A DNA stretch of 63,266 nucleotides, counting the filler, from Octopus bimaculoides (Eukaryota): the NCBI RefSeq assembly GCF_001194135.2. It is 4 parts of 4 records of this genome, joined end to end, with 100 filler letters (N's around TTAATTAATTAA, not from the genome) between each part and the next. Parts side by side here need not be neighbours in the genome. Positions count along the whole stretch, not along the records: positions 1 to 25,181 come from NC_068993.1; 3 more parts are not named here. One strand, 5' to 3'. Positions 1-12,708 of this stretch are shown here, one piece after another. The position numbers and the translations under genes were made by a program. Each line of letters begins with the position of its first letter. Position 1 is the stretch's first letter. Below the pieces are notes generated by a model that did no database searches, was not told the DNA's origin, and saw only the letters and a list, made by a program, of their open reading frames with translations.

Positions 1-35
1 TCTGTGTTGAGCCCTGTGTGGCTAATAAAGAAACC
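1..35 (+). mobile_element. 3' tail of a LINE-type repeat (same tail as 45770-45803)
   Basis: GTTGAGCCCTGTGTGGCTAATAAA(A)GAAA recurs at ~45773-45802, at the end of an L1/Tx1-like fragment. Both copies are followed by microsatellite. Confidence 0.6.
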
Positions 36-163
36 TATCTCTAGCTGTAACTCACAGCTTCTACTTGTCGCTGTCCCGTTGCCTTGTTTTCCCTCTAACT
101 GTTCTTCTATCTGTTTGACTGTCTGCCTGTCCGTCGGTTGGTCTACCTCTATCTGTCTTTGTT

Positions 164-186
164 CTCTATGTATGTATGTATGTATG

Positions 187-217
<31 letters not shown>

Positions 218-299
218 GTATGTATGTATTTATGTGTCTATTCTATTCATCTGTCTGTCTAACTATCTGTCTATCCAGCCGTCGATAGACATAGCAATC

Positions 300-352
<53 letters not shown>
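164..352. repeat. (TATG)n and (AC)n microsatellites
   Basis: Direct tandem repeats; they explain the MYVC/HT-rich pseudo-ORFs. Confidence 0.95.
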
Positions 353-357
<5 letters not shown>

Positions 358-1394
358 TGCACACGTACACTTACACAAGCACGCGAACACGCACACATGC
401 AACTATATATATACTGTGTGATACGTTTATTTTACCAGACAAAACGTCTGAAGATTGTCGAAATGTATGAACGGGAAAATCCAAGTAAGAGAACTTAGTA
501 TAGATTGAATATTGCACACTACAAACACGCGAAACTCTTTCTTATGAATTGCAACAACCCCAATATACACCTTCACAGCGGCATGTTTTTCTGAAACAGT
601 TTACCGAGTTAAGGTTTCACTTGCAAACAAGGAAGAAACATAATCTATATAGGACTTACTGAAAATCCCTACAAACACATTTTATCAACATACATACGCA
701 CTTATTCATGTTCCAGATATATCTGGAGTTTAAAGGATCAATATTAAAAGTTATAAAATCGATTGGTTCACTTTAGAACACGCATACTTATACATTAATT
801 GCTCCTGACGATGTAATCTTTGTCTGTCAGAATAGTGCACCATTCTACTACGGTCGTTTGCAATTTTGAACAAAAAATCGGCATTTGTGAATTCTTTAAA
901 CGTTTCAATCGTTATTTATTGCAGAAAATTTTAAAGTAATTGGTTAATAATAATTAATGTTCTCTGTAATATATTTGCCCCAACAGTCACAGTTTGAAAA
1001 ATAAACATTTAGTTCTAAATTATGGGTAAGAATATATATTTACAACAATCATTTAACATGCTTTTGTGTTTGACTGAAGACATGAAAATATATGCTTTGG
1101 CGTGGCAGAAGACAAATATATCACGTATTATGAGTATTATACTTTCATATATGAATGAGTAATGTATTTTGAAGCATTTGTTTTGGTAACAAATCAAGTC
1201 TCGGTGACATTTAATCATTTCTGTGTGCTTACGAATATTATTGTTCATTTGTCTTTATGATGCTTGGCTTTTTAATCGTTTCAGTGATCGGCAACATGAA
1301 ACATAGAGCAAGTATTTAAGAAACTTCAGGTTTTCATAGTCTTTGTTCTTTTCTACATTTGCAAACACAAACGTTCACCAGGCCTTAATACACA

Positions 1395-1435
1395 CATACA
1401 TACATATCTATATATACATATCTATCTATCTATCA

Positions 1436-1501
<66 letters not shown>

Positions 1502-1551
1502 ACATACATACATACATACATATATACATACATACATGCATACATACATGC

Positions 1552-1593
<42 letters not shown>

Positions 1594-1710
1594 ATTCATA
1601 TGTATGCAAACACACACACATATATGTATATATATACATGTATATATATATATACACACACACACTTTATACACAAGTACACACAGACGCACACATACAC
1701 ACATATATAC
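1395..1710. repeat. Compound (TATC)n/(TACA)n/(TA)n/(CA)n microsatellite
   Basis: Direct tandem repeats. Confidence 0.95.
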
Positions 1711-2120
1711 ATATTTGTGAATGTGATAGAAATCAATACATTCTAGCAAGATCTATGCTACTCAGAATCGCCCAATATAATGCTGAGCTAGCATCATAAA
1801 TAAAATATAAAGAAAAGCAGCGGCAACTCTCCGATATAATAAATTCTATTGAAAGCCAGAACGCTCTGTATGTGTGTGTGCGTTTGCGCGTGTGTGGGCA
1901 GGTGCTGAAGAGAACAGTGTTGAGATTAAGGTAGCTTAAGCTATCAATATGTCAGGCTACTTCACAGATTTGATTTTAGTTGACTATGTCTACTCTGCTG
2001 AATTGCTTAGCCACTTTCTTTTGATATTAATCTTAGCATCTACTACTTATCAAGCTTTAGAAATCCATGCACCCATCCAACAACATAAACCACCCCGATT
2101 ACCGCCTTATAAAACACACA

Positions 2121-2163
<43 letters not shown>

Positions 2164-2460
2164 GCGCACATAATTTTGTATAAACACGTGCATGCATGAC
2201 TATGCGTGTACTAATATATTCGCATATCCTGAATGTATTGATATTAATTCTCCAGTTATCTTCTTATTTCTCACACCCTCTGCGCGCACGCACGCACACA
2301 CACCCACACACACACATACCTACATGCTTGCATACACACAAACGTATCAATAACTGCGTATGGAAAGAAAGAAAAGGAAGAGGAAGAGAGAGTGAGAGAG
2401 GGAAGTGTAGGAATATAGAGGTATAGATAAGATACATATGCATACACACACACACACACA

Positions 2461-2615
2461 CTCACACACATATATCTGATGGACCTCCACACAGTTTCCT
2501 TCTACCACAGGGCTGGGAGTGTTGTAGAGGACATTTACCAATGTGCCGCGCAGTGGGACTGAACCTGAAACTATGTGGTTGTAAAACACGTGTTTCTTAA
2601 ACCAGACAGCCATGT
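2461..2615 (-). mobile_element. SINE family C fragment (diverged 5' half)
   Basis: GCAGTGGGACTGAACC...ATGTGGTTG...CTTAACCA matches the head of the full copy at 61130-61526. Confidence 0.7.
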
Positions 2616-2796
2616 CTGCGACTATATTTGATAATATCTCTCACATCTCACAATTGCTACTCAATTGTGTCGAAAGAATTATTTATTAATTTTCTCACCA
2701 ACTTCCACATTAATCCACTTTGATATGTCATGACTAATCACAGATCTCATAATTAAACAGTATAAAAGTATTGTACCATTAATGAGTATTTCCAAC

Positions 2797-3012
2797 GCAG
2801 CGATGAGCTGGTAGAATCGTTAGCACGCCGGGCAAAATGCTTTACCGGGATTTCGTCTGTATTTACGTTCTGAGTTCAAATTCAGCCGAGGTCGACTTTG
2901 CCTTTCATCCCCCGGTTTCGATAAAATAAGTACCAGTTGAATACTGAGGTTGATGTAATCGATCTATCACTTCCCTGAAATTGCTGGCCTTGTGCCAAAA
3001 TTTGAAACCATT
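2797..3012 (+). mobile_element. tRNA-derived SINE family B (GAGCTGGCAGAA...GAGGTCGACTTTGCCTTTCATCC...)
   Basis: A-box-like and B-box-like (GAGTTCAAATT) head, conserved central domain and GGCCTTGTGCCAAAATTTGAAAC tail, shared with many copies in the window. Possible degenerate TSD ATTAATGAGT (2778, 3013). Confidence 0.85.
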
Positions 3013-3059
3013 ATTAATGAGTGCTTCTATGGCGCCGATCTCTTATGACAACGGGCGAA

Positions 3060-3222
3060 ATACATAGTGGTCCGTCGCAGGATAACTCGTTTTAACCAGT
3101 TGAGCGGACTTGAGCAGCGTGAAATGAAGTGTTTTGCTCAAGAACACAACGCATCGTTCGATCAAACCACAAACCTGTGATCATGCGTCCAACACCCTAA
3201 CCACTAAGCCAATCGCCTCCAC
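3060..3222 (-). mobile_element. tRNA-derived SINE family D (Meta/V-like central domain), diverged
   Basis: Reverse strand reads GTGGAGGCGATTGGCTTAGTGGTTAGG...TTGAGCAAAACACTTCATTTCACG, as in the copy at 40698. Confidence 0.75.
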
Positions 3223-4357
3223 GTGTGTGTATGCAGTAGCTGGGAATAATTGTGTAGTGATATAATGTAGGTGGTGTGAGGAAGATATTGCAGTATGAGA
3301 GATTGGCGTTGGTGCATACGTGATGAAGAGTATGTGAGTACACGGGTAGAAAAAGGGTGGCGAGATGTGTGAATGTATGCTTGTACGGTTAAAAAAGTGG
3401 GTATTAAATGCATATGCAGGGCTGGATCAGCGTGAATGCATATCAGATACTTTAAGTAATGCAAACAAAACAGTCTCAGCCAAGGAAAGATGATTGGGTA
3501 AGTTTAGACTGCGGCCGATTCTGATGAAAAAACTCGATGAAGATGCAAGGGATATAACGGTCGGAGGTTTGGTAGGATGGTGTGCTACAGAGTTCGAGTG
3601 GCTGGACGAAAGTTTAAGGGAAGAAGAAATAGTTAATGACCGAACAAATACGAATCAAGAAGGCGGATACGTGATCAACGGTGAGAGAGCGATGGAATAC
3701 TGTGTTGTTTTTTGTTTGAGGGTAACCACGTTGCAACAAGAAACGAACCACTCACCTAGATCAAAATGAGGAGAAATTCCACTGTCATATCCGTCGGTCA
3801 GATTTTGTATAACCTTTGACCTGAAATATAATAAAAAAGATCGTAAATAAATCTTAAACGTACCAACTACTTAATAAAATGGGACATTTTCACTTCTATA
3901 AAAATATTAATATTGATTGAAATTTCATGCGCATACTCCGGCGGCGTTCGCAAAAAGTTTTTTTTAATCCGCTATTTAAACGCTATATTTTATAATTTCA
4001 GCTTATTCATTTTCCACCGTTAAAAACGATTTATTTCATGTTTCGTGAAGTTTCTACATTCTTATGAATGCAAAGAACATACATTTCTGGGTTGTAAGAA
4101 AAAGCTTCTAAAGCGGATGCAACGAATGAAAACATCACTTTGCTGCCATTGTAGAACGTCTTTCATGCTTGCAGAAGATGTAGGTTCGTGTCACATGTGC
4201 AACATTTGACTTTTTCCATTCAAAGGTTGTTTTAATCCAATATCTACCCGCTATTTTCATAGCTTTATTTACTTAAAGGCCATTTGTTTTATGCCTCCTA
4301 AAGTTTCTAAATTCTTGTCACATAAGCTATATATATATATATATATCTATATATATA

Positions 4358-4425
4358 TATATATTACATCCTTTTGTTATTTACACCACCTGTCCTCGTC
4401 TGTTGTTGTTTTTTCGTACATTCTC

Positions 4426-4428
<3 letters not shown>
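4358..4428 (-). repeat. Short fragment of a probable Penelope-like terminal repeat
   Basis: Wedged between (TA)n tracts. The assignment rests on recalled resemblance to octopus repeats and is not verified. Confidence 0.3.
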
Positions 4429-4459
<31 letters not shown>

Positions 4460-6021
4460 GACTGCTACCGTGGAGTTTAGAGTTCCACATAGATTATCGT
4501 GATCCAGTCCGCTTCCAGTGCAGTAGTTAAGTAACTACTATGCATTGTAGTATTACTCGTGAAATACAAAGCAAATGTTGAGGAAATTTTGATAAACACA
4601 AGATTATACTGTTAGTCCCCGCGTACGTTTCACCATTATGATTGGAACCCTGGATTGGATATTCAACCCGAACGGGTCATGAAGGAACATTCTTTTGCAT
4701 TGTAGCTTAATGCAATACATACATACATACATACATACATACATACATACATGCATACATACATATCTGAGAATCATATACTATATGAGATTTTTAAGCT
4801 AAGAATTTACGCCTTGAATAAGCGAGAAACGTGAGTGACACGCACACCTGCTGAATATTTCGTGATGTAATTATTTCACTAGATAATGCATAACTCCCAC
4901 TCTTAACGCTTTCTCCAAATTCTATTATCTCATGTCACATATACATTTTCGTTAACATAATAATATCTGTTTAATGTACACTTTCGTTCATCTTTTATCT
5001 TCATTATCCTCTCTCAAGATTACCAATATTTCCACATATACTATCTGATATTTAATGTTTCTTTCAAATTGTTTTCACATTACCAATACATTTAATTCAA
5101 TATCCATTTATTATCGCTCGCTTTCTACATTTTTCCACGTATGTCTTTGCCATCAACAAATTTGTTTGAAAATTATTATTTTCAAGTTTCCCATACTTAA
5201 TTGTTCATATACAAATACCTTGCTCATAGTTTTGTATATCTTCACTTTAATGTCAACTTTCCTATATATTGTTTAACGTTTGCAATTTCATAAATTATAC
5301 AACTTCCATCATGAAATATTGTTTTCGAATTCTCTATAATTTATTTTTAATATAATAAATGTTTCACATTTTTAGTTATATCCTTGCCAATATATTCTTT
5401 AAAATGCTTCTATCTTTTCCACAATATACAGTAATTTTTATTAATTTGCTGCGAGTAAAACTTCGTATAAAGTTTTGCTTTCAATTCATAAGATTTACTT
5501 TTTCATATTTCATTTTATAATACTTCATACACAGCTACTGTTTAATGAATGAATGAATGAATATTCCCATCGTTTCGAATGGGAGTCGAGAGCTTCAGAC
5601 ACAACTATCGATCCTAGAATGCTTGTCCAGTTCTAGCACCAGCTTAGCTGAGGCCGTAATAGTGTCTTCTACTAAAGACATAGTTTAGCAAAACCCAAGG
5701 ATTGCCCCGCTCACAGTGGCCTTACAGCTCGCAAACAAAGCAGCTTAATACTTCATTGTAGGGGTCTTCTTTGAGCTTTGTTTTTCTATATTTCAGTTTT
5801 AAGTAATAAAATAATAAAATTTTGCAGTTTTTATTCCGCGTTTCGCTTGATTATAACGCTGTTCATAGCACAAGGCCTTTTACAAGCGGCTTTCAATGTT
5901 GCTATCCAGCGTGTTTACGGATCACTAAGAAGTTTAATAAAAAATATATAATTGTTACACAGAGCAGAAAGAAACCACAAATAGCAATTAATTTTACTTT
6001 ATACATACATACATACATACA

Positions 6022-6057
<36 letters not shown>

Positions 6058-6780
6058 TATGTATATATANNNNNNNNNNNNNNNNNNNNNNNNNNNNNNN
6101 NNNNNNNNNNNNNNNNNNNNNNNNNNNNNNNNNNNNNNNNNNNNNNNNNNNNNNNNNNNNNNNNNNNNNNNNNNNNNNNNNNNNNNNNNNNNNNNNNNNN
6201 NNNNNNNNNNNNNNNNNNNNNNNNNNNNNNNNNNNNNNNNNNNNNNNNNNNNNNNNNNNNNNNNNNNNNNNNNNNNNNNNNNNNNNNNNNNNNNNNNNNN
6301 NNNNNNNNNNNNNNNNNNNNNNNNNNNNNNNNNNNNNNNNNNNNNNNNNNNNNNNNNNNNNNNNNNNNNNNNNNNNNNNNNNNNNNNNNNNNNNNNNNNN
6401 NNNNNNNNNNNNNNNNNNNNNNNNNNNNNNNNNNNNNNNNNNNNNNNNNNNNNNNNNNNNNNNNNNNNNNNNNNNNNNNNNNNNNNNNNNNNNNNNNNNN
6501 NNNNNNNNNNNNNNNNNNNNNNNNNNNNNNNNNNNNNNNNNNNNNNNNNNNNNNNNNNNNNNNNNNNNNNNNNNNNNNNNNNNNNNNNNNNNNNNNNNNN
6601 NNNNNNNNNNNNNNNNNNNNNNNNNNNNNNNNNNNNNNNNNNNNNNNNNNNNNNNNNNNNNNNNNNNNNNNNNNNNNNNNNNNNNNNNNNNNNNNNNNNN
6701 NNNNNNNNNNNNNNNNNNNNNNNNNNNNNNNNNNNNNNNNNNNNNNNNNNNNNNNNNNNNNNNNNNNNNNTATCTATCTA

Positions 6781-6874
<94 letters not shown>

Positions 6875-8186
6875 GATCTATCTATCGATCTATCTAAATC
6901 ATTGCATACGTTTTTTGGTCAAATATATTTTTGTGTGGTTTGATTTGTAACAACATTGAGAAAAGGAGTTTTGGTTTCTAACACAACCATGTCAAGTTTC
7001 TTATTTTTTAAAACGTAACAATTTTTTTCTGATAGAAGCAACAGTAAGACATTAGACTCATCGACTCTCGATTTAAAAGGGAAACTTTGTACTTAAATGG
7101 ATGATGCAGTCATATTCACGCATTCTATCATACTTTTCTTTTCTTTACTGAAGCAGTGCATTTCTTGTAATGCATGATATGAACAATGCTCTCAGTTGTG
7201 CCTTACTTCTTTTGAAAATATTAGTTACGAAAAATTAGCATGAGTTTGTATTCGGCAACTCCAAATTAGTAAAGATCGACCGGTTTCGTCTTCGGTACAA
7301 AAAAAAAAAAAAATGTAGAAATTTGTTGACCAGCGCTATCGAACAATTGTAATACATCAGTTATCCTATCTAATAAAAATGTCTGTAGGAAGTAACGAAG
7401 GTTTTTGTCTTCTAAGAGTAATAGTTATTTAATCAATAATGGTTTATCAAATTTCCTAGAATATAATATAGAATTTCAATGAGATATTTGTTACTTCTGA
7501 ATCAAATTTAAACTTTAATAAAAACCGGTTCTTTTTTATTTCATAACAGAAGTAATTTAATTAAATTTCATTTCTTTTCCTTTTGTTTTTGTTTTTTATT
7601 CTATGAATCATGGCGTCTCAAAAGGCCATCATGAACTAGCCTGTAGCTGGAATATCTGCTGACAGCGAATGAAGGGGAATAATTATAGTATCTGAGATAA
7701 TTCTCATTGAAGAAATGCCAAGACAAATATTTAAATTCCTTTCACCTCGAGATCTTATTGCGTTACATATCAGAATAGAACAGAAAAAGGGCAACGCAAA
7801 GAAAAGAAAAAAACTAGCCTCTTCTCTCACAAAGCAATCAAAATCGAATCCATATGGATTAATGTTACATAATAAAGACAACTTAATTTTCAAGTCCAAC
7901 TGATTTGAATATTGTACGTTCTTCATGTTTATATTTTGTTTCACCTTTATAAATTGAACTGAGTGTGATAACCAACGGTTAGAGTAATAAACTCCGCACA
8001 TTAAACACAACTTATTAGCCAGTAACTCATTAATAAAACGAGTAATCCTTGAACAAGTGATTAAGGATTAAGTGATCTCATTTACTAACACTTCCTAGAA
8101 GGAGCTCCCTCATTAATCCGACTTCAACTATTGTACATTTGACAGGTGGCTCTTTAACTTGCAACACAGAAGCCAACTCCTTCAAC

Positions 8187-8219
<33 letters not shown>

Positions 8220-8778
8220 GGGAAAGAAAAAGATTGGTAGAGAGAAGACCCGAAATTTGCCACCAGTACACCTGATGCCCGCAGCCCCTGCTTCCTTTTT
8301 TCATGTGCTGTAATACATTTGAGCATTGTGTACAATTTCCTTATTATCAAGGACAACAGAGAAGTCTCTTGATCAGTATATTTAAACCCAGAATAACCCT
8401 GCCACTTCATTGTAATACAGTCACGTAAACAAAAGAGAATTAAAGCAGATGGAATATTTCCATCCGAAATATGTTAAGGAGATGTATAACATATATTCTC
8501 TCTTGAGACCTGTATTAAACATATTGTTTTATTTTTACAAAACAATTAATTATACACATAAAAGTGAAACGGTAAACAAACAAATATTTCTCATTCAAGC
8601 ATTAATGAAAATGGCGGAAAAGTAAAAATGACTGATTGCTTTACTAAATATCCCAGTAATTTATTCTTTACAGTTTGAGCTAAAAACTCACATGGGTCAG
8701 CTTTCATAACTCCAGAATAAAAAAAACGACAAATACCAAATGAGGTTGGCTTAATTGATTACATCTCTCTCTCCAACA

Positions 8779-8935
8779 AATGGGTAACTTTTAAAGATGG
8801 ACGAAATGCTGCTAAGTATTTATTTTGGACACCCCGGAAGGTGGACAGGCAAAGTCAACTTCGTTGAGATTCAAACTCAGAACGTAAGACACAACTGAAT
8901 ACTGCAAAACATTTTCTCCAACGCTCTACTGACTT
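8779..8935 (+). mobile_element. Old, diverged SINE family B copy
   Basis: GCAAAGTCAACTTCG...GATTCAAACTCAGAACGTAA...GCAAAACATTT is the reverse-complement-type match to the family B head and core (the copy reads as antisense; strand uncertain). Confidence 0.5.
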
Positions 8936-9069
8936 TAACTCTCTCTCTTTCTCTTCTTTCTATTGAATTATATCCACATGGCAGATTGGCAAAATTGATG
9001 CTTGCCTGAAAAAAAAAAACTGTAATCATTATTAATAGCTATGAAATATCGTGACTAACGAAAGTATCC

Positions 9070-9700
9070 AGGAAACGCTGCTCATTATTGCCAGCATACT
9101 TTATTGTAATATCTTGGATGATCGAAAACTTTGCTATTACCCATTCAGACGGACCATATCTCTCCGAGAACGGTCGCTACACTGCGCGTTACGCAGGCTT
9201 CTGTTTTCAGTGTTGCTGTAGCTGTATTAAGCCCGCGTTTTGCAACTTAGGAGGTTTCCTGACTTGGCTAAGACAACTTAGTTTCGACCCATAGTGGTTT
9301 TAGCTACCAATGCATGTATTTATATCTACAACTCAATAATCATACGCTTGGATAAATTTTTATCTCTATGATATTCTCAGAAATTGGCGCTTTTATTTCG
9401 ATGTTTGCGGATATTTCTACGAAAGTATAGACTGCTCGAGTTGGCACAAAGATAAAAAAGATGGGCCAGATATTTTGTAGCAATACATTATATTTCTGTG
9501 TTCATATCTCCTTGAAATCGACTTAGTTTGTTCAATATGATCAATAAAATAAGTGGCAATAATATAGTTAGGAGATCAACTAGATCTTCTTCCATTACTA
9601 AAGAAAATCTTGTGTTTAAGGAACAAATCAATATTTCTCTAACATTGTTATAAATGGTGCAGTTATATCTAATAGAACTGTGGAAAAGATGCACGCTGGG
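9070..9700 (+). pseudogene. Possible decayed rhodopsin-type GPCR fragment (TM3-TM6)
   Basis: Across frameshifts and stops the + strand gives SLLPAYFIVISWMIENFAI/YPFRRTISLRERS (TM3-ICL2-like), then LLFSVLL (TM4-like), then YFVAIHYISVFISP*NRLSLFNMINKI...RRSTRSSSITKENLVFKEQINISLTLL (TM5-ICL3-TM6-like). Confidence 0.35.
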
Positions 9701-10179
9701 AGACGGAGTTAGAATGTCTAAAAGCGGGTTGAGTGGTAACATTTAGACTTATTTTTGTAGAGAGCTCATTTCAAAGCTTTTTACTGAGAGATATCAACAT
9801 TAGGAAAGTCCACTTGTGACGTAAAAAACACAGCACAAGTGTAATGATTATTATTGACATAAAATAAATGAAGACAGCTATAAATGTATTGCAGTTATTT
9901 GGTTGTGTGTATCTACGTTCTGAATTCAGATGATTGCCAGGGGAAAGATTGACTTTCATCTGTTAGAAGACATGTATCAAAAACGATTCAATTGGCCACA
10001 TATACCCCATGCAAATTTCTGGCCCTGCGCCAATATAACAAATCATTATTATACAGTTATCTTGACTGACTTTGTCTTTGTGAGCAAGTAAACATATCAC
10101 ATATTGGTTTATATATATATATATATATATATTCATGTGAGTGTGTGTGTGTGCATGTAAACTAATATTTGAATACACA

Positions 10180-10228
<49 letters not shown>

Positions 10229-10438
10229 ACTCACTCACACACACGCATGCATACACACACACACACATATATATATTATTTGGTTAGTCTTGCAGCGTTA
10301 ATCATGTTTCGATTCTGAGACAATCAGTTAAGAAATTGATCAGATTCCCTTAGATTCAAAACAGAATGAATTCTGTAAGACCCACCTCATAAGAAACATA
10401 ACACATTCACACACTTTACTTCCTACGCACGCACACAC

Positions 10439-10514
<76 letters not shown>

Positions 10515-10789
10515 GCATGGCTGTGTGTTTCTGTATGTGTATGAATATATCATACTTTTTTTTACGTGTTTCAATCATGCAGCTGCGGTCATACTGGAGC
10601 ATCACCGTGACATTGTACTATTTGTATATTGCATTTCGGTCCCGCTGTAAGCTTGCGACAACGCCAGTGTTCTCTATTGCCTATAATAATTGTGTCTCAT
10701 CGGCGTCGCTTGTGACAAAAGCTGTCTGAGTGACCATAGGCATGTCTAAAAGAGCTACTATAAACAACAATAACCCCCAGATAATTTCC

Positions 10790-11450
10790 CGGGGAACTCC
10801 AATCAGAATTTGTTGGTTAGGTGGGGAGTGGTTATTGCCTTGAGTTCTACTTTGCTGCCTTGAGTTCCACTTTGCCTTGGATGCACAAAGCGGTAGTTTG
10901 TCTCCATTTCTCCATGCCAGAATTTGCAGATGGTTTGCAGTTCATGTGCTATTTTCTTGTTGTTTTTGCTTTTAGTAGTCTTAGCTTTAAATCCAATGTC
11001 ATTACTTTTTCAGCTGACTTCTTTTACTTCATCGCTGCTCTCAAAGTCGGCTTTGGGGTTGCTTCTTTTGGCAGTTCTGATTTCCGTTTTAGTTCTTACA
11101 CCTCTGTAGATATTTTCGGCAACGGACACAGAGCTGGTTGCATTGTGTTGCTGCCTTCTTTGCTGGGCTTTTCGCTGGGGGCTTCAACATTGGGACTGTT
11201 CTCTGTGTCAGGCGTTTTACTTAGTGAACTACCACAATTAAGAATGTTTTCCAATTTGTCTAAGTGAGACCTGGTGAGTGCATAAGAGCGGATTAATCGA
11301 CTCTTTTTCAGTTCTATCTGAGCTGGAAATCAAGTAAGTCTGTTGTTTTTCAGGAACGCTGCAATCGGGTCGTTGGCTGGAACGACCCGATTCCACGAAA
11401 GGAGAACCACTTCTATCCCGGAACTTTTCCAGTTTCTTGCCATCTTAGAG
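10790..11450 (-). pseudogene. Decayed low-complexity ORF with a degenerate CCCH-type finger, possibly LINE ORF1
   Basis: Minus frames read HLDKLENILNCGSSLSKTPDTENSPNVEAPSEKPSKEG... and KKIAHELQTICKFWHGEMETNYRFVHPR (~10875-10950). There are several stops and a frameshift, and a long CT-rich upstream tract (11500-12185). Confidence 0.4.
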
Positions 11451-11501
11451 CACTACTTATCTCTTTCTTTGTGGAATGAGTGTGTGTGTGATTGGTTAGT
11501 G

Positions 11502-11551
<50 letters not shown>

Positions 11552-12626
11552 AAAGCAGGGATATAAGAAGAGAGAGAGAGGGAGAAGCAAGTGTAGGAGA
11601 GGGAGTAGATAGGCATATCAGGGGAAGAAGAGAGAGAGAGAGAGAGAGAGATAGAGAGAGAGGAGAGTAGCCAGAGAACGAAGAGTAGCTTAAGATAGAG
11701 GGAAGAAAGCAAGTGGGAGGAGAGGAGCGCAAGTGGTAGGGAGAGTGAATTGAGTGAGAAGAGGTGGGTCGTGATAAAGAGAGAGAGAGAGAGAGGAAAG
11801 CAAGTGGATGAAAAGGGAGGAGGTTAAATAAAGAGAGTGGATTTGTAGTGCTTATAAGGAGATAGAAAAGAGAGAGGTGGCAGTAGGCTATGAGGAGAGG
11901 GCGGGAAGGGAGCGTGTAGGCTGAGGTAGAGAGGAGGGGGAAGAGAGGGAGACAGCAGTGGTAGCAGTGTGTGAGTGGAAGGGTTGGAGGCTAGAAGGAA
12001 GTGATGGTGCTAAAGAGTGAGGGGGAAATACGGGGATGGTAGGAGGATAGAAGGGTAGGAGGAGAGAGAGAGAGAGAGGGATCTAAGAGAGTGAGGAGGG
12101 AGAAAGGAGATAATGAGAATGGGGGACTGGGGAGGGTGAGAAGAACACAAGATATACATTTGGAGAGAGAGAGAGAGAGAGAGGGNNNNNNNNNNNNNNN
12201 NNNNNNNNNNNNNNNNNNNNNNNNNNNNNNNNNNNNNNNNNNNNNNNNNNNNNNNNNNNNNNNNNNNNNNNNNNNNNNNNNNNNNNNNNNNNNNNNNNNN
12301 NNNNNNNNNNNNNNNNNNNNNNNNNNNNNNNNNNNNNNNNNNNNNNNNNNNNNNNNNNNNNNNNNNNNNNNNNNNNNNNNNNNNNNNNNNNNNNNNNNNN
12401 NNNNNNNNNNNNNNNNNNNNNNNNNNNNNNNNNNNNNNNNNNNNNNNNNNNNNNNNNNNNNNNNNNNNNNNNNNNNNNNNNNNNNNNNNNNNNNNNNNNN
12501 NNNNNNNNNNNNNNNNNNNNNNNNNNNNNNNNNNNNNNNNNNNNNNNNNNNNNNNNNNNNNNNNNNNNNNNNNNNNNNNNNNNNNNNNNNNNNNNNNNNN
12601 NNNNNNNNNNNNNNNNNNNNNNNNNN

Positions 12627-12708
<82 letters not shown>

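Noticed and set aside
3494-3769. 91-aa ORF in a purine-rich segment
   Set aside because: No ATG start or recognisable motif; lies in a strand-skewed repeat-like tract.
5822-6943. Long ORFs spanning N-runs (also 11991-12849, 20858-21695, 28995-30227, 44736-45419, 48899-49653, 58143-58873)
   Set aside because: Their length comes from untranslatable gap bases and flanking microsatellites.
7265-7300. Minus-strand CCGAAGA-C-GAAACCGGTC hammerhead-like words
   Set aside because: No helix II, a mutated 5' box and no helix I pairing.
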